This document shows positions 1-11,068 of a DNA stretch of 64,000 nucleotides, one piece after another. A program made the position numbers and the translations under genes. Within the stretch, counting starts at the first letter, position 1, and every line of letters starts with the position of its first letter. The stretch covers positions 1-64,000 of the forward strand of contig JAKMXF010000315.1 in assembly GCA_024704765.1 (NCBI GenBank), in the 5' to 3' direction. A model generated the notes under the pieces. That model worked only from the letters and a program-made list of their open reading frames with translations. It was not told the origin of the DNA and made no database searches. This stretch comes from Oopsacas minuta (taxonomy: Eukaryota > Animalia > Porifera).

Positions 1-108
1 GTTGTATGTAAAAGAGGAAACTATTCATTTATAAATGGATCAGATGGCCCCATGTAAATAGTCCTGAGGCCCCAAGTGGGGCCGCGGACCACCGATTGAG
101 AACCACTG
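1..108. mobile_element. Right end of a hAT-type MITE, truncated by the window edge
   Basis: Ends TTGAGAACCACTG (96-108), the reverse complement of the hAT/Charlie-type terminus CAGTGGTTCTCAA; GC-rich GGCCCC subterminal motifs precede it. Confidence 0.6.
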
Positions 109-309
109 CTTTATTTACTATACGTTTAATGGCTTGTTGTGATAAACATTAAAGAATCTCATGATTTATCCTAGGATTATTTACATGTAATACATACGTA
201 ATTGAACTTCTAACATATCATGTACTACCTCGAGGTATTCGTGGAAAAACAAACAACAATTGAGATTTAATAATATTGATGCTGTTTACAATATTCATAC
301 TAAGTATAT

Positions 310-604
310 TCGATTATCCCAGTATAGCCTTTGAAAGTATGATTCTACCTCTATTTTGTAGTTTGTTTACTTTATATTGGTAAAAACGACAATAAATTTA
401 CATATGATCAATCCGAATGTGTGAAAATCGGATTCAGTATGTTCGATATTTTAGTCAAGTTTTATTGAATTCTGTTTACTTTCTTGATAAATACATAATT
501 ATGTGAAAATTTCAAAATTGCATACCTTAAATCCTTTCCTTGACAACGGACAAACAAACAAACAGACAGACAAAGAGACAATAATTGAGATTTAATAATA
601 TAGA
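310..604 (-). mobile_element. 5' part of a non-autonomous Helitron-like repeat
   Basis: Minus strand reads A|TCTATATTATTAAATCTC followed by a (GTTT)n/(GTCT)n tract; aligns by eye with 44182-44440 on the plus strand. A second similar 5' end lies at about 245-279. Confidence 0.6.
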
Positions 605-845
605 TTTCCATACCCCAGAGAATTGTTTGTGTATTTGATAATCTAGGCTTGATGCTTAGCTCATTCCCAAGGGAATAAGTTTAAGCCCTAGCCCATGTAA
701 TAATAGCTTAAGTTCTAGCCCATTTTAAGACCCCCTCTTAATGGATTAAGTCCAGACTTAAGACCCAAATTCTTTGGAAAGCCATGTTTTCTCTCAATAT
801 ACTATATGCGTAATATATGCTGTATTACTCCTAGTTCCTATAAGT

Positions 846-1190
846 CAGAGTTTCTTAACCGGGGATCAATGGATCCCAAGGGGTTAGTAGGGTCCCTTAG
901 GGGGTCCATACTGTCGAGCAGAAAAGGAGTTTCATATCCTTTGCAATCTTAACATTCTTTTTATATAAGAAATATTTTTTCTCGCAATTATCATAACATA
1001 CTAATTCTGAATCATACACATTTTACTAATATACTAAATAACTAGTAATTCATAAGTTCATAGTTTTTCTTCAGAAAATTGTGCCAACTTGATGCATTAT
1101 TTCGTTTTGTGCAGTTTCTGGACAGGGGTCCATAGCTTTCACCAGATCTTCATAGGGGGTCCTTCACTCCAAAAAGGTTAAGAACCCCTG
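846..1190. mobile_element. 345-bp hAT MITE with a perfect 8-bp target-site duplication
   Basis: Ends CAGAGTTTCTTAACC and GGTTAAGAACCCCTG; CTATAAGT at both 838-845 and 1191-1198. Confidence 0.9.
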
Positions 1191-1348
1191 CTATAAGTAT
1201 ATATGCCTGGCAGGCGTATTTACTGCTTGAAAAGGGCTAAAGCTTATCAATAATAGGCTAAAGTCCAAGTCCAGACTTATGTCTTTTTTTCTTAATAAAG
1301 AACTTAAGTTCACTTAAAAATTGGCTTGAACCCTTTCAGACTTGACCC

Positions 1349-2161
1349 ATGCTTGCTTTATATTCAACATTATTTTATTGGCTTGTTTTAGGCAGTTCCC
1401 AAGCAGAAAATGAACAAGATGAACTTTCTATATCTGCTCTGAAGAACTGCATAAGTTTAGATCCCACGAATTTAGATGCAAGGTTACTCTTAGCAGTTGG
1501 TTATGCGAACGAATCGAAGAACATGCAAGCCTGCAAAAGTCTCCGTGAATGGATTCTCAATCATCCTACATTTAATTCTCTTTTTGTTTCGGAAGAGGAA
1601 GATCTTATTGATCCACCTTATATGCCTTCATTTTTGGACCCATTATTCCACAAAAATGTTGTTACTTTGTTTAATAAAGCCCTTTCATCTTCTATTGGAA
1701 ATTCTCATGAAATTGGTGATTTATCGGTTGCTTCGGGAATTCTTTTTCACTTAGCTGAGCAATACAGTGTTTCTGTTGTACATTTCAAACATGCCCTCAT
1801 GCTACAACCCGACAACCCAATGCTATGGAATAAGCTAGGCGCTACATTAGCTAATGGCGAGCGCAGTGAGGATGCTGTTCAAGCCTATAAAGAAGCCCTC
1901 AGGCTATACCCCAATTATGTTCGTTGTCGATACAATTTAGGTGTTGCATGTATGAATCTGAAATCGTTTCCAGAAGCTTGTCAGCATTTTCTCATCGCCC
2001 TTAAGTTACAAAGTAAAGGTAGAGGTCCAACAGGGACAGCATGGAATTTGTGGAGTACTCTTAGACTTGCAATTATGCTTGGCGACTTGCCAAAGTTATT
2101 TTCGCTAGTTGATAATCGTGATCTTGACTCGTTACTTGTTGAATTTAATTTACGATCTTAA
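1349..2161 (+). CDS. PEX5: Peroxisomal targeting signal 1 receptor, C-terminal TPR region (probably the last exon; candidate splice acceptor AG at 1390-1391)
   Basis: Contains LGSSQAENEQDE and LWNKLGATLANGERSEDAVQAYKEALRLYPNYVRCRYNLGVACMNL, typical PEX5 TPR motifs. The N-terminal WxxxF/Y region is absent and an in-frame TGA sits at 1343-1345. Confidence 0.9.
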   Translation: MLALYSTLFYWLVLGSSQAENEQDELSISALKNCISLDPTNLDARLLLAVGYANESKNMQACKSLREWILNHPTFNSLFVSEEEDLIDPPYMPSFLDPLFHKNVVTLFNKALSSSIGNSHEIGDLSVASGILFHLAEQYSVSVVHFKHALMLQPDNPMLWNKLGATLANGERSEDAVQAYKEALRLYPNYVRCRYNLGVACMNLKSFPEACQHFLIALKLQSKGRGPTGTAWNLWSTLRLAIMLGDLPKLFSLVDNRDLDSLLVEFNLRS

Positions 2162-3987
2162 TATTTCCTTAATATATTTAGGAACCCTTTTCGAATTAAA
2201 TATTATATACACTCTTCATTCAAAGTATCAGTTTGTCTATTACTGTGCCGAATGGTAGTAAGTGTTGCCTAGATTTATATTTTATTTATTTTTCCATTTG
2301 TTCCTAATATTATTATATGATTTCTCTATATCGGTCAGGTGGCCTATAATAATATTTGAAGTTATCTGATAACATGTTGTGCTATTCAAACTCAACGATA
2401 TTTAGTCTGGCATCCAGTAAAATATATGAAAGAAATGTATCATAAATTCACAGAATCTATTTCAAAGAGAGAAAATATTTGGCATTTTCTCTTCAAGGAT
2501 TTTATGTCTATAGTAATATAACTCGATTATTCTGTATCATGGCCTTATACGAGAGGCAAAAACTAGAAATTTTACGTTCATATACTTTTGAGATAGCCAC
2601 TTTGTGTAATAGTTATTGTTCTTTGTATCTGGATATTCATTATTATAATATACATATTTATATTTATCACTGCGCAACATTATCAACATACTCTATTTTC
2701 TAAGGGTATGACTTCGATTTCAATCAATTTGCAGAGGGCCACACCTAGATAGTATATTTTCTTAAGCAAGGTAATCATTCTTTGTGGATAGAGAATTGCA
2801 AAAACTCGCAAGTAGTTTCGTCAAAACAGTAGAGTGGCTAAAATGGTGTCTATCAGTTAAAAACTAGTTAAACACTCAAGGTTTTGAATGCGGTCTGTGA
2901 GTGAGCTTTGCCCATGAAGAGTAAATATCCTCCATTCGTCACTATTGCCGGTTGTGCTTCGATATCTTTGAATGCTTTAGGAAGCCAAATTAAGACACAA
3001 ATCAATAGGAACTGCCTTTCAACCTCAACTAAGATTATTTTAATAACTCATAACTTCGAAGAAAATATAACCACCACTGCAACTTGGCAGATCAGAAATA
3101 ATTGAGGATCATTCTGGGACAAGGCCTTAAGAGACCAAGTTCATGATTAAACCTGTTGGTAAATGCAGATGAGTATTTTTATTTACGTTCTATCCAAGTA
3201 TATATTTCACGAGGATTCATTATTACTTCTTTTTGTAAAATCTCTACTTCTAAGACAGGTTGGGGAATTTTCTATATTCAATCCCGATCTTACCCTCAAA
3301 GATGTTATGATAAATGGTGAATTTAAGTGTACCATCTCTGTATTGATCTCAAGGAGGTGATTACATTCTTAGAATATTCTAAGTTTCGTGCTTTTCTAAA
3401 AACGTATTATTGAGTTTCAACTAAATACATATCATAGCATTATACAGCTATTTATTAAGAAGAAATTCTAATTACGTAATCCTCAAAGCCATAGATATCT
3501 AAAATCAGTTTATTCGAAGAGCTCACGGGATAATTGAATTAAAATTTCAAAATATCCAAACTAAGAGCATTCGGTAATAATGATTTTGTAATTGATTAGT
3601 TTATAACACTTGGTTCATATCAAACGTCAAAATTTTTCGAGTACTCCTTGTATACATAAAGCCTCTCAACAACATGCATTTTGCACAATGGATGCGAGCG
3701 TCTACCGAACATATGCTTAGCAAATCTTTCGCCTGATTATTTATATGATCCGTATCGTTCAGTGCTTCTCAACTTTTTCGAACTCAGCATATTTGTTTAT
3801 GCGAGTGAATTCTCTTGGGACAGCTAACAACGTTTTAAGGCACTCGAATGTGTCCACTATTAAAGGGTATAATATCTTATTCTTGAGCATACATTTGTAG
3901 TCTAATGACAATCGTTTTGTAATATCGAATTTCCCGTTACAAAAAGTTAAAATGCATTCATCTATACTATTGAAACGAAATTAATCT

Positions 3988-4045
3988 ACTATATATATAT
4001 ATATTCATATATTTATGTATATATATATAGAGAGAGAGAGAGAGG
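3988..4045. repeat. Compound (TA)n/(GA)n microsatellite
   Basis: Direct reading: atatatat...agagagagag. Confidence 0.85.
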
Positions 4046-4614
4046 AGTTATTCTCAGGGCCCTGGGCTTTTGAGAGATGATCCGAAGGGGCTTAGGATCC
4101 TAACAGTATTTCTACAACCCTAGGGTCCGGGTCGAAATTTTATCCCAGGAACCTAATGTCCTAATCTAAACATTGGCTCCAGGACCCAATATTGAATAAT
4201 GGAAATTAAACTTATATTGCTACTACAATACACACAATTTGATTTTTCTCTATAATCCAACGATACATCACACCAGTTATCCAAATAGTGTACCGAAATG
4301 CTCATATCCTACGCTAATGTAAATGAAAGAAACTAATCCAAATACACTAGACTGATTTTATAAGTTTTAAAAATACACTAGATATAAGGTCCTAGAGCGA
4401 AATTACACTCTGGGACCCTCAGTTGCAGAATTTCGTCATACATTTTCAAAATATAATTGCAACATTTATGCCTATAAATATCTTAATGTTATAAGCACAG
4501 TGTTTAGCATATTTTTTGATTTAGAATTGAGTCTAAGTATTAGATATATGACAGTTGTTTATAGTTAAGCCTATTCATTTGCAGTAGCTACTATTTATAC
4601 TTTGTTTCTTTCTG

Positions 4615-5405
4615 ATGTCCGCCCCTGATTTTATCATAGTACAAAACATGCCACGAGTTTCTAAACGTGGCCGGAAACGGCACTTTGACGTTGCGCGGAA
4701 GCACCAGGTAAGGCAGGACGAAACCAATGATGAGCGCACTCTCCGCTTGCAGCAGATGCGTGATCGCAGATTATTGCGGGTCAGAGTTCAGACTCTTAAA
4801 TCAAAAGGGAAGCGTCTCCAAAGCAGCGAGAGCTTAATAGACTGCGCTTGAAGGAGACCCTAATCAAGAGAAAAGCCCGACTCAAACATGACTGGTTAAC
4901 AAGATTCTCTGTTGAAGCTGAAACTTGCGCGGTGACTCGATATGAGCGAGAGTCAGGCTACCCGGCTGACTGATGAGACTGGTGAAGACCGAGAGCTTTG
5001 ACTTCGTGATATGAGTGAACGTTAGGCTGCTCAGCTATCTCTGGAGGCGAGTGAAGACCGTACTGTCCGTCTTCAGGATAAGCGGGAATATCAGGCTACT
5101 CAGCTATCTATGGAGACGAGTGAAGACTGTGGTGTCCGTCTTCATGATAAGCGAGAACGTCCAGTCTCTTTGGAAGCATTTTGACGGTAAAACAGGTCCT
5201 TGAGAGAAAGGTTCATCGAAATGAGTTGTATTTTAATAAGCGTGAATCTCGAGTTTCCCATAATTTTTCCAGATCACTAATTGCCTGTGATATTCCAGAT
5301 AGTCCTGTGGATGCACATTCATGTGGCAGTTTTCGTTTAAGCTGCTCTGTGTGTCTGGCTAAATTCTGGGAGGGGAAGAAGATTTCGTGTGGTTCTGTTG
5401 TATGA
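4615..5405 (+). pseudogene. Helitron RepHel N-terminal region relic: charged repeats plus a Cys-rich motif
   Basis: ETNDERTLRL-type repeats, 69-bp period repeats starting at 4956, 5025 and 5094, then CSVCLAKFWEG..SC resembling the Helitron zinc-finger region; frameshifted. Confidence 0.6.
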
Positions 5406-5781
5406 GGATTCAACTACTTCTATTATAACAACCATGAGGGTTAACTACCTTCAATTTTGGCTCATAACTGTATACTTCCTATTACACATCAATAATTATG
5501 CATATTTTTTTCTGGAATTATAATACTCTACAGGGAAAAGCATATTGTGTTCATAAAACAACTTGATTTTAAAATATATTGAACATAAGAAATCAGTTTG
5601 TTGTATTGCCTTAAACACTCTTTGTGCTTATGGTTTTTGTTCAAATCCCCTAGCATTTATTCAGGGAAAGATCATATTCAAATAGGAAGCAGTTAGTGTT
5701 TGTTGATAATAAAAACTAGTTTGTATAATTATGAAAAACCAGACGGTAATACAAAATACAATTATTATTGTTATTCCAAAA

Positions 5782-6330
5782 CTATAGTATCGCTAAAAGT
5801 GAAGAAGTTATTGAGGAAGGATATCGACTATAAATGAAGTCGATTACTGGTTCAAAGTGATTTGATGAGTTCGTTAAATAAATAGCTGTATTGCTGTATT
5901 TGTAATATTGAGAGCTATAGCGATACCACGTCCAGCGACATTCATTTTTCTTGACATCATTGTGTAGATTGGCAACAAAAATGTCAACTTCAAGCATCTT
6001 AAAAAGCTATTATCTCCACATCTGATTTTCAAATGGCATCTGTATCCATGCTAGACTTTTCAAATACTGAATAGGGTGACATCTTCAAATTATGTCGCTA
6101 GATATCAAGAAATATAGCTTGCACCCTGAACAGCTATAAATCGGCAAATTTCCCACGAATTTTGAAATGCTCTCTTGAGATCACGATGTTAAGATAGTTG
6201 ATAAGGCACAAAATAGACAGTTTCCATCCTCAACAATTTCTAATTTTGATAACTGTATGAGTTCGTCTATCTCCTCACCCAAATACGCATTTTCTTGTAT
6301 TAGAGCAGTTTCATGAGTTCACCCAATTTC
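5782..6330 (-). pseudogene. OTU-like cysteine protease domain relic
   Basis: Minus strand gives IVEDGNCLFCALSTILT (DGNC at 6217-6228), then SDVEIIAF-KMLEVDIFV and IYLTNSSNHFEPV; Asp, Cys and His positions match the OTU fold; stops and frameshifts present. Confidence 0.7.
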
Positions 6331-6757
6331 GCACACTTAGATTTTAACCAACCAGCTTTGGTGGTGCATAGATTGCCCTATCGTTCTGTAGAGCTGGAAA
6401 AAGATCTTATATGGGAAAGATTCTTCTTTTAAATATGGGTCAAGAATCTTGGTTTCCAGAAAGTTGAAGATCTAGAAATAAGTGTTCAGTAATCAAATGG
6501 AAGCCAGAAAGAATTCCTTACACTACTTCTCGTAATATATGCAACTTGTTTGTAGCAGACATATGTACATAACAGCGGTGAAAATGTGAATCTCGTATGT
6601 GGCCGTTATAATTAGGATCAGAGTGGGTCATCTGGCCATAGATCACCATAGGTAGTCCATAATTCACTGTGATTAAAATTCAGTAATTAATCAATTACCT
6701 AACACATACCGTTGCAAATTAGAACGTGATTTACGTGATCTGAAGGTTGGAGATTAG

Positions 6758-7590
6758 TTGTCTCTAGACAAGAGTACCCTGTTTTCGTCCACCCTACTAA
6801 GTGTCCCCATGTATCTTCTCGCTAATATAGTGAATATAGTCACGAAATATGAAAAGTCTTACTTTTTCATTACATTTACATGTATTCCGCATTGGGAGGA
6901 GAATATGTCCTCACTCCAATTAAATCAAAAGGCGAGCGATCGTCCCGAATTAATTGTCTTGGTGTTTAAAATGAAATTGCAAAATGAAGTTATGAAGTTG
7001 TTTAATTGAGGCTTTGATGAGTGGTCAAGTATTGGGCAAGCCGAAAGGCAATGTTTACACTATCGAAATCCTAAAACGTGGTCTACCTCAAGCTCATATT
7101 TTGTTATATTATGTGATCGCGATAAACTTCGCAATCCCAGTGATTATGATCATATTGTTTGTAGTCATATCCCAGACCGGGTTAAGCAACCCGACTTGCA
7201 TGATATTGTTAAACGCTGTTTGCATTGCTCATGTGGGATTACTAAAAAGAGTGCACCTTGCCAACGTTGAGGGAGGTGCTCTAAAACAATTCCGAATCCT
7301 TTTTCACCAGTACTAGAAATCGTCGTGACATCGGCTGTGCTGTTAATGTAGGAGGGCAAAGCTTGACAGTAAGTGGTAATGCCATACAATCCAGTCCTAT
7401 TGCTTAAGTATAATGCTCATATTAACGTCGAGATTTCCTCTACAGTGAATGCAGTCAAGTATCTTTATAAATATATCTGTAAGGTCATGATAGAGCTATT
7501 GTGAAATCAGGTCAGGTGGCGAAGATGTAGATGCTGCTTCATCTAAATCAGTAAATGAAGTTTCCGAGTATATAGATGGTAGGTCTACAG
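6758..7590 (+). pseudogene. Helitron Rep (HUH endonuclease) domain relic
   Basis: Motif 1 FFITFTCIPHWEE..DRPELIVLVFKMKL, motif 2 YTIEILKRGLPQAHILL (cf. EFQKRGLPHAH), motif 3 YNAHINVEISSTVNAVKYLYKYI; broken frames. Confidence 0.9.
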
Positions 7591-9660
7591 TAGTATGTGC
7601 AACGCGGAGAGCCACTGGATATTCACTAATTATCCCAAGATTTTCGGATATATACTGTCACATACTTACTCTAATCAGGGCTTAATTTAATTCAATAAAT
7701 GAAAGTAAAGGGAATATATCAACAACTTTCTCAATATTATTGTATATTCTGACCGGAATATATAAGTTGACCTGTACAATCATAACACATACACATTTAC
7801 AAGAAATTATTCGGTTTTTCCCAAAGTATTTATCCTGAGCAACAGATTATACTTGGGACAAATATTGGACATTTCCAAATTTCAGGAAAAATCCTAGAAT
7901 GTACATGAAAATCGACATCTGGAGACCCTAGAATAGGGCGATATACCATAAAAATCAATGAATTCATTTGGTTCATTTTTACCTGAAATTTTCTGGATTA
8001 GAATCTATGTCAAGTCTTGGAACTTAAGTACAAACTCTTTTATTTGATGATGATAAATATGATTATTGGCATGAATTTCTTGAGAATAGGTCAGTATCAC
8101 TCTCACATAATTGACCTATTTAGCTACTTATATATCCGGTTCTCAATCCTTTACTGTCCCGAGCATAAGCAAATATTGGGACCCACTATTCAAATAATGG
8201 CCAATATTAGACATTATATAAATATCAAATAGTCATTTGTGATTTGTTTTGTCTAACTGCAGTGAGCTGTAATAATTTCAACGAGTATTTATTAATATTT
8301 ATAGAATTCCTGTTGCGAAATATGAAGGAAGAATTGAGATTATACCACATAATTGAAAACAATGACCAAAAGGAATTAAATTTCATTAAAATAATTTAGT
8401 TGTGGTGTATTCATTTGTATATTCAATGTTATATTAGCATTGCAGGAAATGAAAATAATTATATAGTATTTATAGGTGCCTTTTGATATTTTGTAGTTAG
8501 AGAAGAGAATATCTAATAATAATTAAAATAATACATTTCGAAAAAACGCCCATTGAAATTCACCCATTTTGCAAATTAGAAACTAAAATTAACTGCAAAT
8601 ATTGAATTTTTGACGTAGAAATCTTAGCTATGTTCCAAAAATTGATGAAGTAAATTTCAGCACCTTATTGGCGTCATAAAAGGGAAATTGCACTGCATTG
8701 AACATTTTCAATTTCTTGTTCTAATCTACGTATATTGACTAATTCAGCGAAAATTACCCATGAGTTATGGATTTTTAAATGAATTACTCGAAAAACTACC
8801 CAAATAGAAATCATAAAATATTTGTGTACTAAACAGAAGAATTCCAAATAGTACTTTTGTTCCGCGCCAAGTAAGATTATTCCTACTTGGTGCGATCAAG
8901 TAGGAATATTTTTTGTATTGAGATATTTTTTGACACTGAGCAGTAGGAATTTTTCATTTTTAGATTTCAGGATGGTTTTCATATTATAGACATTTACCAA
9001 GCCATTTATTATGCTGTAACTTCAATATGAATCAAATTAATGTTCATCAAGAGTTTTAATTTCTATTATCTGTATTAAAATTTTAGATTTCAATTATCAA
9101 TGTGGCTACTGTTCGGATAATCGAGATTCGGAGAAGAGGTTGCAGTGTGTTTGATTCTGCAACAAAGTGCTCTGTTTGTATTATTTACTATATAGTATGA
9201 CCACAATATACCACATCAAGTTTCCTATACAGATCAATATTATAATATTTGTATGAATTTTTAGTGAAGCTTCTTTAGGAAGGTGACCAAATTGTATGGA
9301 CGATGTACGACTTCCGTGCGTCCGCGCAACCGTGTGAAATCTGTCAGTCCGATAATAATTATATTGGTACACATATACATGTTCTGTCGAAGATTTGCAC
9401 TTCGAATGTGAATTTTATAGAGTGAAATTTCACAACTTTTTGGTTAAAATCATATTTTCACACCTTTCTATGTAATAATTCAAAGGCACGCTAGAGTTTA
9501 TGTTTCAAGATGTTGTCAGGGTTACCTGGGTGCGTGGAGTCCGAATCTGAGATTTTAGAGCTCGTAAGTAACTAATTCACAGAAATACCATATGTATTAT
9601 CATACTTTCACAAAATATTGAAATATTTTCATAACGATGCTAGAGATTTCGTTTAAACTA

Positions 9661-10780
9661 CAGGGTGTACAAATGTGTTCCCCCCACCGATTACTAGAAA
9701 TATCTTCGGATAAAACTAGAAACAAACTATATGCATTTTTTCATGTAATCGCCCCATTTCTAGAACCTTTTTAATTCTATTTGGCATGCTTTCCACTAAA
9801 TTTTCAAAAATCTCTAGAGTTATGTTTTGCCATGCAAATTTCAGTTTTCCAATTAACTTGTCCCAATTGGTCATCTGGCCATTTTCGTTTTTCTTCTCTT
9901 TCAATATAGCCCAAAGATTGTCAATTGGGATTAGATCCGGAGAATAAATTGGCCAGTAAGCTTTCTACCAAAACTCGTTTAGATTTTTCCCACACCACTC
10001 CTGGGTCAATTTTGTCTTATGAGCTGGAGCACCATCTTGCATAAAAATGAAATCGGACATGTTTTCCAACATTTCCTGCTCTGGAACATGTCCGGTATTC
10101 ACAGTACGATTGATGGCATATCTACAAGTCTTGGCTAATATTTCGTTCCTGTAATATAGCGAAATTATAGTCTGACTCTGCGGAATTATGTGGAACTCAT
10201 GTTACATAAGTCCCCAGCCATAATATTTTGAGGAAATTTCACTGTTAAGATGTGTGGAACATATTTGGTTGTTTTAGCCCAAACTCGATCATTATGCCGA
10301 TTGGATGTTGCGTACAACTCAAAGGGAGACTCATCAGACCAAAGAACCCTTTTCCAGTCTTCCATCCCCCAATTTTGATGTTGTTTTTGGCAAGTTTAGT
10401 TAGTCTAGAATGTTTTTTGTTGATAAACGGGGGTTCTTTGCCTCTTAACGCTGATGCACCAACAGAATCCTTCAAATGCCGATAGATTGTCATGTGAGAG
10501 ACAAGGTCACTACTTTCATTCAACCTTTTGCGATCTTGTGCGTTGATTGCCCTCTTTACCTATAGCTTGGGGGATGATAATTTTCTTGACCCGATTCAAA
10601 ATCGGCAGCCGGCCAGAACAGGTCTTGATCTCGAGACTTTTTCCTTTTTATAGGTACTTCACCACCTCTTGACAGATCTCATCGAGACCTCCAGATCGAG
10701 AGGCTACCTTTGCTGTGTAATAGCACTCTTTAGTATCCCTATTGCTTCGGAACGAATCTCTAAACCGTGGTTGCGGACAT
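9661..10780 (-). mobile_element. Decayed Tc1/mariner element with one visible terminus
   Basis: TA|CAGGGTGTAC terminus at 9661; minus strand FIFMQDGAPAHKT and WPIYSPDLIPIDNLWAIL; putative start at 10780; several stops. Confidence 0.85.
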
Positions 10781-11068
10781 CAATTCTTTACAGAGATAAT
10801 GATTTTAAGAAATCTAGGATAAAATAGGAGAACGATATAAACATAAATTAACCTGTATTTGAAATAGTTGAGAATTGTTAGGTTTACAACAAAACCGTTT
10901 CCCTTTGAAGACCCCTTCTCAATCAGGAATGTTTTCTTGGACCCGCAATGGTTTATTGACTAATGTTGATATGAAAAGTGAATTTGTTTACTGCGATTTC
11001 ATTTAATCGATTTCTTTATTACAAATATAGAGACGCATATACTGAAAGAAATTTAATAAATCTTGTCT

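Noticed and set aside
8878-8908. 12-bp perfect hairpin TATTCCTACTTG-GTGCGAT-CAAGTAGGAATA
   Set aside because: AT-rich and next to another AGTAGGAAT copy, so most simply a repeat subterminal motif.
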